A DNA stretch of 56,576 nt, filler included, from Sphacelaria rigidula (taxonomy: Eukaryota): NCBI GenBank assembly GCA_964200075.2. It is 7 parts of 7 records of this genome, joined end to end, with 100 filler letters (N's around TTAATTAATTAA, not from the genome) between each part and the next. Parts side by side here need not be neighbours in the genome. Positions count along the whole stretch, not along the records: positions 32,389 to 40,384 come from CAXNAA020012706.1; positions 40,485 to 48,480 come from CAXNAA020012707.1; 5 more parts are not named here. One strand, given 5' to 3'. Under the pieces are notes generated by a model, which ran no database searches, was not told the origin of the DNA, and worked only from the letters and a program-made list of their open reading frames with translations. Below are positions 34,401 through 47,010 of the stretch, in pieces. Numbering within the stretch: position 1 is the first letter of the stretch; each line of letters begins with the position of its first letter. The position numbers and the translations under genes are program-made.

Positions 34401-36621
34401 GGCTTATCACCCAAAAACACTTATCGACAAAACCTCACGCCATTATAGGGAGTTAGACCCTGAAATTTTGCACAGATGTTCTATGAGACATTACACAACT
34501 TTCGAAGGTCGATTCTGTTTTTCATTTTTTGTTCATTTTTTTCACCGTTTTTTCGGGGGTGCCAGTTTCTTCCGGGAAACATTGATCCAATCGGACCCCC
34601 GTCATACGGTAAAAAAACTAAGAAAACCTCGTTGATCCAAAATCGGATAGTGACTCATAGCACAGTTGTACAAAATTTCAGGGGCTAACTCTTCAAAACG
34701 ACGTGAGGTTTTTCGCTTTTGTGCGAGGAACTTTGACACGTGCCAAGGTGAAACCGAAAACTACTTGATTTTAGTAAAAAGACGGCGTTTTTGGGCCTTT
34801 TTGACGTGAGCATGAAAATTCAAGCATCAGTTGATTGAGTTTTGCGACGAAATTCATTGGGTCCTTTTCTTGGGTTGTGCGGCGATAGATCGTTCACGAA
34901 AAGTGAGAAAGAAAATCGTAGTGTGCCTGTTTACCGGGATCCCAGAATAGAGACTACTTTGAAGAACGAGTTGAATTCCGTCGGACCCCTGAAATACGAT
35001 GAAAAACTCAAGAAGTAAAAAACGACTCCTCCATAGAATGTTGCGTAATGGTACGTACCATGTTTGTGCAAAGTTCCAGGATCTAACACCTAATAACGGC
35101 GAGAAGGTTTGCGCGTTTGTGGAGGATGTGGGCTTGAACCGTGCAACTCGTAACTATTTAGTTTTAGTATATAAACGTCTTTCAGGTGAATTTGACCCCA
35201 AGTCAAGAAAAAATGTATGAGGTCTTCGATTTTCTCATCCAAACTTTGTACATGTCTTCCTTGGATTATCCTGGGACGCATCGTTTCATCATGTTTCCTT
35301 AAGGATGTTCTCTACCGCCTTCCGGTGATCTTCATACTGTGACCCTCGGAAGCCGGTAAAGAACGGAGAACCCATAAAATATTATCAAGAATACATTTTT
35401 TTCTGTTGCAGCATCAATACCTACGGACCTATCAAGTTTGAGGGCGATCTGATCTTTCCCACAACATATATGTTATAGTGTTATGGTGGATGCACTCTCT
35501 TGTTCAAGCCGGTCAGGTCAGATACTTCCAAGGTCAACCCTGGTAGGTCAGTCCTCTCAAAGGTTCGGGTCACGGATGTGTCCAAATCAGTCAACACCAC
35601 AATAGCTTCACGCAGTAAGCTATATTCACTTGATAGAAAAGACTCTTGTTCACTCGTTTTCGTTATCGCTCCATTCAATGTTTTCTCACGTTGCTCTCCG
35701 GCTATAGCAATTGCTTAGCTGTCAGCTACACTTTAGCGAGTGGGTCAAAAGGGCTGACTACCGACCACAACTGTACTTTTTTATCAGTCTCACATCCATC
35801 CTAGTGCAGGCTTGATCATACCCGCAACTACAAAATCCCAGCTTTGATCATAAACGCCTCCTAGCTTCATGACACTCGCCCATCCAAACGAACCTCCATT
35901 ACAGTTGCGATGAGAGATCTTGAAAAGCACCGAAAATCTAAGTTCTTCTCTACGTCAAGTCATGAGCGACAAGGAAGACGAAGTCAATGCTATAAAAGCA
36001 CTTGGCCATAGTGGCTGAAAAAAAAGAAGATACACCCCACACGACGAGGGCAACATCCCCTCCGTTGCCCGATCCTCCCACACCTCAAGCAAGGTAAGCA
36101 AAATCCGTTATCGAAAAGCGCAAGTGAGCTTGAAGACGCAGGAACACACAATGCTGCTGAGGGCTAGCGAACTTAGCAGATGAACATAAAAATGCTTCGA
36201 CGTGCTAGCCAAAAAAAAGAGGCAAAAGGGAAATCACACTAGGGCACAACGTCTACGCGGGCGGCACCAAAGTCAACCGCCGAAAGGTCAATCACAGGCG
36301 GCGAGCGCATGGCGGCTGAGGAAAGCAACGGAGTCAGCAGCATAAAGACTGCAAGTAGTCCAGCGCCAGTCATATAAATCAAGAGCGAAAATACGAAAAG
36401 CTCCAGTAGCCGAGGATGAAGGTGCTCCAGGCAAGGTCCATTCGTGGTCCGACGTTCTGCGCTGAGGAAGCTCCGGTTGTAGGCTGTTGAAGGAGTTGGT
36501 GGGCGGCACTGGTGTTTCCTGAGTGGTGGGAGCAGGGGGAAATATCTAAACGACAGGGAAAGGAAATGAAACAAAAACAAAAAAAATGTCGTGGAGGGGG
36601 AGGCAAGGGGTCTGTGTAAGA

Positions 36622-39600
36622 TCAAAACGGTGCGTTGACATTATGTGTGCGATCGATGTTATGTTGACTTTCGCGGCGGAGGCCTTTGGACTTGAGTCGC
36701 TGTAGACACCAAGATCCTTTCGGTGCGGACGGACTTGTGGTGTAAAGCTCTGGGCGGAGTTTGAGGTGTACGGGTCCGGGGTCATCGATGCAGCGCACGG
36801 TGCATACCCGTCTCTGGGCAATGAAGGTCAAGGGCGTGAATGGGCGTGGGTGATTTCAAAGGGCAGCGTTTTACAATGCCCCAGATCCGTTTTGGATCGA
36901 GAAAAGCGGTCTTGGCACTCCAATAAAACATCGCTCAATTCTTTGATTACAGCGGGTTCCGAACCGGGTTCATGTAGGTCAAAGTTGATGTCACGTAAAT
37001 GGCATGGAAGTTGATCCCAAATGTGCAAGAAACTTGTCCGAGATTCTGGCGATAGGCGTTGCAGCACTTCAGCAGGAGGTTCGGACGTTGACGGTGCAGG
37101 GTCCACGGTGTGCATACATGATGGAGACGAAAAGGTTACGTCGAAGTAAGGCTCATCGACGCAGTTGACAGAACCGTCCGTCGGAGGCGCCGAGTTGGGC
37201 GTCGAAGGTTCAGTGGTACATGTTCCAAGTGGAATGTGCATGAGGGAAGCAGCAGCAATATCAAAGACATCTCCGGGTCCCAAATTAGCATGACCCGTGA
37301 GGGGCAAAAGCTGTTTTCCGGCGGAGACAAAGTGTTCTGTGCCGGCAGGCGCACCAACTCGAGGAAACATTTCAGCGAGGTAATGTCCCGTAAGAGCAGG
37401 CATGCCATTTCGGCGAACGAGGGCAACTTCTAGCAGTTGGGGATCATCGGAGAGGGTAACACCAGCAGTACCATCGTATCGGAGGTGATAAGCAGCTCCG
37501 GTAGCTTGTTCATGTTTTTGGTAGGCCAAGGCGCCGTGAAGAGTACCGAAATGTTCAATGTTGAGTTCTCCACGAGGCGCAGACTGTGGCGATAATGGTG
37601 GTAGCGTGCGGTAGGTGCGTTGATCAAACCGCATGTAACTATCTCGGCCCATGAGTAAGGCGTGAGCCATGGTGCTGTCGAGGACAACACATGCCCAGAC
37701 TGCACGGCTGGCGGGAACGAGTTGTGTTGTGAAAGAATTGCAAACTGAGACGAACTGATATTCGTGTGGTCAAAGGTGCGGTGGAATCACCAAAGCCGCC
37801 CCATACTCGAGGTTTGGTGGTGATTTCGCAAGCTGCTGGAGCAGCGCCAACGTTTTTCATATGTTCCCACATTGATTCATGAATAAATGTTTGTGGGCTG
37901 CCGCTATCTAACAAAGAGGCACAATTGTCAGTCGTGGTTGCGTATGGTTCACAATGAAGCGCTACGCGAGTAGTAAAAGTGGCAAGATCAACAGACACTT
38001 TACCGCCGACAAGATCTGGACCATGCTCAGCCAAGGTGAATTGATCGGAATCAGTAGTGCTGACGGCGAAAATGAAGGGCGGGTGATCCGCCGGGGATTC
38101 AACTTGCTCACCAGAAAGTTTGATGGATGATGTGTGATCCCCAGAGTGAGCATAGCTCGTCTGGTCATTAGCAATTTCATATATGACTGTGTTGGGAAGG
38201 CAGGGATCAACGTCTAAAGTAGATCCATGTTGTTCAGTGTAGTCCGCAGAGGAGGTGAAAATATCCGAAATATCTGATTTGGATTCTTCTCGGACACTTG
38301 ATAAATTCATCGAGCTCAAAGTCGTCGCATTTTGGAGAGAGTGAGGTCGAGATTTTCCACTCGAGGGAGGTGTACGTGTTGATGCGTACGCTTCAGTAGG
38401 GGCATGTTCACGGGGCTTCCTCTCTCGCCGTGACAAAGGGCGGGAAACTTCCAAAGTATTTGGGGAAAGCGCAACTGCGTCCAGTTGAGTGGATTGGGTC
38501 AGCATCGGGGCATGCTCGGGCGAAACTTGTGGACTGTCCGCTGGCAAGCTTGGCTGAGGAGTCATCGCCGAAGGTATAGTATGATGGTTTATGTGAGAAC
38601 CAGTCACGGGTAGCTTCGCATGCTGCAATGAACTCGAAGAATGAACTCGTTCGACCTGGGTGGGTGTTACATGGTCCGAAGCGGTCAAATTCGGACCAGC
38701 GACACTTGAACTAGTCGAGTGAACACTTTCTACGATAGCCCCCTCCCAAAACTAGCTAAAAGTGTCACGAAACAAATGGCCATACAGCGCCCAATGTTCG
38801 GGTTCAGGCTGAAGCGCCTCATATTGGCGACATTGGCTAGAAAGAATCCAAGCGTGGGAATTGCCAGCTTCTCGTTGTGCTCGGCTTTTCCCATTTCGAT
38901 TTACGTGAAGATTGTGCCCTCTAAAACCATGCACGTTTGTGGGGGGGCTATCGTAGAAATTATCAGTGAATTACACTACTGTCTGTGCGTGCGGTCGCTG
39001 AGGAAGCTTTTGCCTCAGAGACGGGCGGATGGTGTTGCCACACCTCAGACTTTCGCTTGGTTCCGGAGGACCAAGTCCAGACCCTAGGGTAGAGCTAAGT
39101 TGTGAGTCAACGCAACTGTTACGCTGTGTGCGAAGAGGTGAAGACGGGGGTCGATATGAGCGGCTGTCATCAGTACTCGTGTATAGTGCCGGGGAGGTTG
39201 AGCGAGAAAGTTTTGTCGCTCGTTCCGCGGTTGGTGCTGAAATAGTCTTCGCGTGTGCGGTCGGCGGCGCCAAAGACGTAAAAACGCCGGCGTCGGCATG
39301 TTGTCATGGATCGGTATGATCAGTCATAAAGGAACCAGGGCTTCTGGCGTTGGGGTTCGAGTGATTGTGATTCGGCCCCGTGCGCTGGTATCTATCGGCG
39401 TAATTCCGTTGACGGTGAGATGAACTCTCTCTTCGCCGGGAGCCAGAGTTGTCGTAGTTGTTGGAGCGACTGTCGCGATTTGAGCGAGTGTTGTCGCGGT
39501 CGTTGAAAGGGGGCCGAGAATGAGGGTTGGATGTGCGATATTCACGCATGCGTTTCTGCCATCGGCGCCGTGCTGGCTCATTGTCTTGCAGCTCAGAGTT

Positions 39601-40250
39601 CATGTGGTCAAAAGAGTTGATACGAGGGCGAGTATAATTGTGCATACTGTGCCCTTGGGTGTCACAATTGATGCAATTATTTGCGTGGCGGCTGAAGGTC
39701 TCGTGTCTGGCAGCAGACAAGAGGAGGGGATTCCACAGATGTGGGTCATCTGTAGTAAACGCAGAGGTAGATACAGTGTACACATCATCCCAAGTCTCGA
39801 TGGAGTACGGCCATCCGTCAAAATTGGCGCTGAACGGATCTCTTTTGTTTGCAGCGCTCATGACGGAGCCGGCCACGGAGGCAGGCATTCACGAGGAACG
39901 AAGCGAAGTGTAAGGCCGGCTACTGGACCCTGAAGGTGTCGAAGAAGGCGCAGAAGCAGACTGTGAACGAACTGAAGCATACTTGTCGCCGCGAATGGCT
40001 GGCGTCAAAATATTTTCTTGATGGACAAACGCACTCAATACCGCATCCACAGAGGGATAAGGCACTTCGCGGTGGGCTAAAGCACCTGAAAACAGTGATG
40101 GCATTAGAGCTAGGGACTGCTCGGACATACTATTCCTTGCATATGATTGACACATTGCGTCCGACGGGCCAGTCTGGCGACCTACTCCCTTAGTACTGGA
40201 AACGAGAAGCTTGAATTCTCGGAGGTAGTCCGCGCGAAGGGGACATCGGT
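36622..40250 (-). mobile_element. Degenerate gypsy-like retroelement: gag, protease and RT start, then a large deletion
   Basis: Decayed Zn knuckle CINCDTQGHSMHNY (ORF 39304-39888), protease site LLDSGSPQTFI (ORF 37639-38688) and pre-RT motif DRFSRSKTDLGHCKTLPFEI (ORF 36828-37670). No RT core or integrase follows. LTRs were not identified, so the boundaries are approximate. Confidence 0.75.
38722..38964. mobile_element. GACACTTTCTACGATAGCCCCC-TIR MITE with 4-bp TSD AGTG
   Basis: Complete 243-bp copy. Excising it restores the reading DSSVIHSTSSSVAGPNLTASDH into the protease ORF. Confidence 0.85.
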
Positions 40251-41137
40251 TGCGACACCGAAATAACTAAGTCGTTGACACTTTCTACGATAGCCCCCCC
40301 CCAAAACCAGCTAAAAGTGTCACGAAAACAATTGCCATATAGCGCCTGAAGTTCAGGTTCAGGCTGCATGAAGCGCCGCACATTNNNNNNNNNNNNNNNN
40401 NNNNNNNNNNNNNNNNNNNNNNNNNNNNTTAATTAATTAANNNNNNNNNNNNNNNNNNNNNNNNNNNNNNNNNNNNNNNNNNNNAAGGTACGATTGAGAG
40501 TGAAAAGCCGTCAATTAGTGAATGAGTCGTTTCAGTTCCGAAATGCACCTCCACCAGGCCCAATATTCTCTCTGTAGTAGCTTCCCACTGAGGCCCTCGA
40601 TACTCCTGAGTAGGATATCAACGTATAGCTGTAAGCACATGGCAGTGATGAGACGACGAAAAGCACACATGGAATGAAAATTGGCGAAGTCAAAGCGAAT
40701 GATCAAAGCCACTCTCGATCCGCACCCAACTCTCAATCTCACGAAAACCTTGTGAAGAGTATTTACCGTAACAAATTATCCTCACTTTTGAAGATGGTCT
40801 GAGAAGTATGGAATATGCATGAAGTGCCCGGGGACTCCAACGAAAGGGTGGAATCGATCGAAAGACATCAACACCTGGGCGCTAGCGACTTTGGGCGTCA
40901 TTCATTCAGCAACAGCGTGCATGGAGAAACACGCATGGCATACGAGCTGGGTCAGCAGAAAATCCCACATTCGCTTTCCACACCACAACTTTTCGAGTTT
41001 TCCGAATCAGCGCGACTTGAGCATATCGCTGTGAAGTGCAGACCAACCTGGTAGCACACGGCACCGCCGCTGAATGAAGAAAAAAATGGAAAAATGTACC
41101 GCACAATATATGACCTTAACGACGGACGAAAGAAAAG

Positions 41138-41212
41138 AATCTGTCGGGATTCGAACTCATGACCTCCATAATTGGAGTCTCCTGTATCATTTGAATCAAA
41201 GTGGCGCAGCCG
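41138..41212 (-). repeat. Decayed tRNA-like / SINE head
   Basis: B-box-like GAGTTCGAATCCC on the minus strand, but no intact cloverleaf. Confidence 0.35.
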
Positions 41213-42599
41213 TATCACACGAAAAGTGTTATATGTCGCGCCCAATTGGAGGTATTTTTGGTCGAAACTTCACCACAATGTCGTTGACGCGAGTGCCCGT
41301 ATGCGTTGAAGCATTGTCGTCGTTTTTATCAATTTTCAAGCAAGTTATAGCGTTTTCCCTGTTTTTGCTAAAACTTCAACTCGCTCTAACTTCTTTTTCC
41401 CCCCCCCTCTGCACCCCCAATAGGATTGCGCGGGTCGATGATAAAATGTCGTGTCAAAATTTCAGCAACAAACTGTTCGAATTACCAATGGCATCTCCAC
41501 TTTTCCTTAAAAAATCACAGTCAGCTGACCCAGCTCATGGTGTTTCGCCAGGTCTTACAGCCTGGGAAATGGGGCCACCGGCAATATATTGGGAAGTTTG
41601 TACTGTAGGGTGCATGGTGGCAAGGAAATTGCATTCCTTCGGCTATAAGCGATACTCTATGCGACTCAACCCCTCGTATTTTATCTCAGAATTTTCTCTC
41701 AACATTGTTCCACCGCGGCTTTTTGCTGAAATACACATGATTGTTCGCCGTGCGCATCAAATGCGAGAAGATGCGCCGCATCTACGAGGACATGACGCGA
41801 AGCAGCGGAGCATTTGGTGAAATGGAGAGTCACACGAGATCCTACACATTTGAAGCCCCATTTCGAAGACCGAGCCATCACGGCCCAGCACTTGAAAAAG
41901 AGGCCATCTCAGCTGTTTTCGACATACTGAGGCCTATTTACACGCGTTGTTTATCTGGTTCTGCTCTTGTGTGCGCATATTCCGGCAATATAAATTCGTA
42001 CAGGAAGAAGCATATCTTCGGCGACAGATGGTCCGCTGCGGGAAAAAACCACCACCACTCAAACGGTGACGGCGAGCACCGTTACCGAGTATCGGGCGGA
42101 GTTATATTATGGGACTTGTGTAGATCGAATCGAGATATATCGCTGCATCCTGCCTGTAAGACCCGCCCATGACCCAGCAGCACGTTTGGACAGGGGGAAA
42201 AGCGCTCCTTCCACTCATTTCCGCATGTGCACAAGCGCCTGCAGAACATATTCAATTTCGTAAACGCTTCTCCCACTCTCTCCGAAGACTCACAAAACGC
42301 TCGGTCACAGTTCAAAATTACATTTGGGGAAAGAAAACGTTGGAACCTCCACACACTTTAGCATGAAACCACAAAACGTGACCAAGGGTCAAGAAGCCAG
42401 ACAGGACACTGCATATCGGCACAAAATACACGACTGAGTACAGCATGTACATGGCAAACGAAACCAGGGTCCAATCCAACGCAAAAAAATCGGTTCAGTG
42501 TACTGCATGTTGCTGCTGCCATGATGGCGCGGCTCTTGCTCTCGCTTCCATTGCCGCCGCTACTGTGAGTGCAGCGCCTCGATTTTTCCGAGGGCTTAA

Positions 42600-45500
42600 C
42601 TAAACCTCCCACAACTTCCGTATCACGTCCGGAAGCTCGGAGCGTCGGAAGCACGAAACCGTTCGCGGTTTCGACGCAGCAACAGCAGCAGTCGCGGTGG
42701 TTGACGCCGTCGGAGCATCTCCCGGACGCTGGTCAACGCCGCCAGTGCCACTACCACCGGTCCCACTACCGCCGCCCGCGCTGTGCTTCCCTACTGCAAC
42801 TTCTGGGGATTGCTTGATCGGCGGGGCCATCGTGAGGGGGGGCATCAACGCCGAGAGCAGGAGAAAATGGTTGGGTTCCCTCTTGAGCACCACGAAGCGC
42901 TCGTCGTCACCGTAACCGTCGTTGGTGGCGAGAACCCGGTATGGCCACGAGTTCTTCTCCCGCTCCTACGCCAAGCGAGAATGCCGATGACAAGGAGGCG
43001 CGAGGGTGGACGGGATATACACCCAATACGGAGGAAGTGGCGGCGCTGTACGATTTTCAAGTACACGCAGTTCTGGTAGCACATAACTAGTGTTTCGTCG
43101 GTATAGTTACACGAAGGGATTTTTCGCTACTCCCGCACCTGCCGTGAAAACATCTTGTCGAGACGCAAAGCCTCATCCAGAAAATGAGGGATTAAAATTA
43201 CGGGTTACACGTGTCCCGAGGGTAACATCAGCAGACAAGCTCGCTGGCGACTGGGGAACATATATTGAGTCGTCGTGACGCTACTAAAACAAGTACATGA
43301 AAACGGAACACAAGAAGCCACGCCAACAGCACTTGAAGCGCTGCACCTCTAGCGAATGTTCCATCCAATCGATGACAATGATTTGTGTACAAGAAAACAA
43401 CATGTCTCACGATACCAACGAAGGGCTTCATGGTGCTTGGGGTGCTCAGCTATACCCAAGAGATAGTACGTCCATCACTCACCATGTCTACGAAGAGGAT
43501 GGTGAGTTTCAGCCGTCTAGCCACGACGTGGAAAGCGAACGTGTCCGCCCACATGCACCTGCCGTGACCAACCTCCGACCCCTCCAGTCTCATAAACTGA
43601 CGCAGCTCCTCTACATTCCCCACATACGGTAGTCCCTCATCCTCCTTCTCCTCGTCATAACCTTTCTCCTCCGCTTCTCTTTTCGTTTCATCTGGCTTCT
43701 CGCTACACTTCGCCGCCATCGGTTTCTCGCATTTTCCTTTCCCCTTCATTTTCCCCTGTACAGGTATCGCCCCCCCCTGCTCGTTTCCACCGTCCTTTTC
43801 CTCGTTCTTCCCTGTCGCCTCGGATTTGGTCACCTGCGCCACCTTGTTCTCTTCCAGCCTCCCGCTCCTCCGATGTCCCACCCTTCCGCCATACCGCCCA
43901 CCGCCGCGCTTCTGTCTCCCTGCCCCGCCGTTCTCAGCTCGAAATCGCGCCTTTGCTGTCGACGCCAGCGACTTTCCGCGCTCACCCGCCGCCGGATCAC
44001 TTGCGGGGGTGCTCTGTCGTTTCATCGTTTTCTTCGCAGGTGCCTCCCATCCCGAGACACCGCGACCGCAGCTACCGTCGCCGCCACTTCCACCGCCCCC
44101 ACCGTTGCCATTGCTGTTCGCCTCCTGCTCCTGCGGTGCCCCAGAGTTAGAAATACCAGTTCCCATCTCACGAACCCCAGCTAGATCTCTTCCTCCTGCT
44201 GCCATTGCACCAAGAGCAGCAGCAGGAGCAGGAGTGGCAGATCTAGGCAGAGACTGCGCCTTTCGAGGCGATCTGTCGGCAGCCACTGCCACGGCCGCCA
44301 CCGCTTTTCGCGCAGCGCCACCTTTGCCTGCTGCCGTACCTCCTCCGCGATTCTCGACTACCCTACTGCTTCCTGCGACAACGCTATTGGTCGGCCCCGT
44401 GTTCCTCGCCTCCGCTTTGTTGTCGTTGCCATTGCGCACCCGGCATTTCCTCATAGTCTCCTTGTTCTTGCCTTTGGTCATCTTGCTCCTGGTACTCCTT
44501 GTGCTGCTGGTGCTGCTGGCGTTGCTGCCTGCACGCGCCCGTTTTCGCCTTCGGCTCCTCGTTGGCGGGCACCGCGCATGGGACGCCAAGGAGGAAGCCG
44601 TGCTATCGTACGCTTCGTCGTCGTCGTTGTCGTCGTCATCATCGTCGTCGCTGCTTGGTATTCGCTCCGATATGGGTCGCACGAAATCGAGCCTGCGTGT
44701 TTGGCGTTCATCGAGTTGGGTAAGCAAGCAAACAGAGATGGACGGACGAACGGACGGACAATGAAATGGGCAGGGCGAACAAAAGAAGAGACCATTCGGA
44801 CAATTCATGCAGAAGAAAGTATCGAACAAAACCCGAACAATCGCCGACAACTAATGAAAAAAAAACGTGAATATAATGTGTCCACAGCCGCGGAACTTAC
44901 ACAGTGCCGATCATGCAGGCGTCGCACGGCTTGCCCTCATTCACTGTACGCATTTTTGCATTTCTTCGCGTACGATGTTCAATACATGCACGCGTACAGC
45001 TGCCAGCAGCTCGGGTAGTCACGCCCCGATGCCCAAAAAGATGTGATATTTATCAAGGAAAGACACACAGCCAATCGAGCTCATCAATACAACAGGCGCT
45101 ACGAATCAACTTTAGCACGCTCATTTAACCTGAACAGAGTGACGTAATGGGTCAGCTATGACAGCCAGTGTTTTGTTCGAGGAAAATAATGCTCAAAACC
45201 GCTGTCAAACAGGTCAGGTTCAATTCCACCCCTTTCTTCTGACCTCGACCTCCTGTATGTGTTTCACGACAGTTGTCATCTTCTCTGCTACGCTACTGTG
45301 GACCATCCTACGTGAGCCTGAAGTTAATACGAGAATTCGGTATCCGGAGGGCTTGAATGCTACCTAAGCCGGCAAGGCGTCCCAGATCCCAGATCCTGGA
45401 TAATGACTTTGTGACATCATTTCGAACAGCAAATATGCACACCTGCACCAAGCTTATGTGTACTCTCTGTACAGTATGATATCACCCCGCCGTGCAATCA

Positions 45501-46048
45501 CAAGACGTACGTAACCGTTCAATGGAGTCATATGTTTGACCATAATATTTTTCATAATGCTCCCGTATCTCGAGATCAGCATGAGTTCGCGTACACGATA
45601 TTTATTGCTCTTTTGCTTTGTTTCGTCCGAAGTCGCCGTTTTGACATAAATCAACCAATACGAAATTTCCGTCAAACACTATGCTGATTTGTGGCACAGA
45701 ACCCTAGATTGTGGGGTGCGTAGGGCGATGTCAACGTGCATGGTATACGCCATTCTCCATTTTCCCCCCTGTAAATTTCGCCCGTTGTCCGGTACAATAT
45801 CTCCTGGGTTACAGTATGCCATAAACATATGATAGAGCACGCATCGTCAGCTCCACTCACCAACGCTCGTCCGTGTGAGCTGCGGCTTGCAGGGAGTAGA
45901 AGGCCAACTGGTCTTCGCCTGTCTCCTCCGCCACCCACTCTCGCATCCGCTTCACTGTCACTTCTTTCTCGTCTTCCCTCAACCCCATGTTCACCGCCGC
46001 CTCGATCGAGGCATAAAAGCAATCGCCGTCGTCGGCCACGTTTGTAAC
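42600..46048 (-). CDS. OTU-family cysteine protease (deubiquitinase-like); exons 46048-45861, 44692-43483 and 42965-42600; 5' exon(s) not located
   Basis: Cys box VADDGDCFYASI, WADTFA helix motif and His box VLKREPNHF. GT-AG junctions (AG|...|GTGAGT) join in phase as ERW-LDFVRP and FVDM-EREK. Confidence 0.85.
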
Positions 46049-46559
46049 CTAGCGGTTGTAAATTCGTGTACGAGCGAAGTGACCCAGCAGAAATGCCCGG
46101 CATGTGTGTGTGTGGGGGGGGAGGGCAGGAGATATGATACGATCGACAAGCGTTGACCAGCAGGTGAGACATTGCTACAAGACATGATGCTGCGGAGAGA
46201 GCGGTGAGGAGTACTCTAGGCTGTCGCCTGCTGCTACACAGTGCGTGATGTCCAGGAAGGGTCGACCGTGCATATTGTTGAAGGGGAGGGGGGTGGGGGG
46301 GGAAGGTTAAGTCACTAAAGCAGTATACGAAGCAGAATGTGCCTCGCAGGCGCACATTAATAAAACGGGACTTTTTGGCGGAGATTGTCGTTCTGTCCAT
46401 GATCGATTAGGCACGGGGATACGACGATGATGACCTGATGATGCACGCACAATACACGATCGTGCCACAAGAGCGATTGGTGTAACCTTCACATGGCCGA
46501 AGCACCATACACGCAACGTTCAAACGATCTGAAATATTCTGCCGGTAGTAAGCTGTCTG

Positions 46560-47010
46560 AGTGAACAGACACAGAAGGAAGACAGATCAACCATGCTGCC
46601 CACGAAGGCTCACGTGGCTACCGCTGTATCTACATCCAATCGAGCAACAGGAGTATCTTCACAACATCGCCCGGTTGAGCATGGGCTGTTTTCACTGTAT
46701 TGTAATGATATGCAGGACGGAAACGGTTATTTTATGTTGTGGAGGTTAAAAACGCACACGATTGGCCCACGGCTGCGAAGGGCATGAACAAACGGCATCT
46801 CGCAGTCGAGCAAGGGGCGGCAGAGTTCAAGGACACGTGGCAACGTGGAGACAGACGTGAATCGGACCTCTGTCACAAAGTAGAGGCTGCTGCGTCGAGA
46901 GCCGCCAATCGCAGGGCTGCCACCGCAAACACAGCAACAGCAACAGCTTGCCAGGAATCCAGTATGGAAATGGCCGAGAAAATGGCGAGCTTGTGCTCGA
47001 CTATGGATGA
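46560..47010 (+). mobile_element. LINE (RTE-like) ORF 3'-end relic
   Basis: HDWPTAAKGMNKRHLAVEQGAAEFKDTW resembles the WxxAAxxxxxW terminal motif of RTE ORFs. It is frameshifted. Confidence 0.5.

Noticed and set aside
43826-44764. 312-aa Pro/Leu-rich plus-strand ORF
   Set aside because: It is the antisense shadow of the GC-rich OTU exon.
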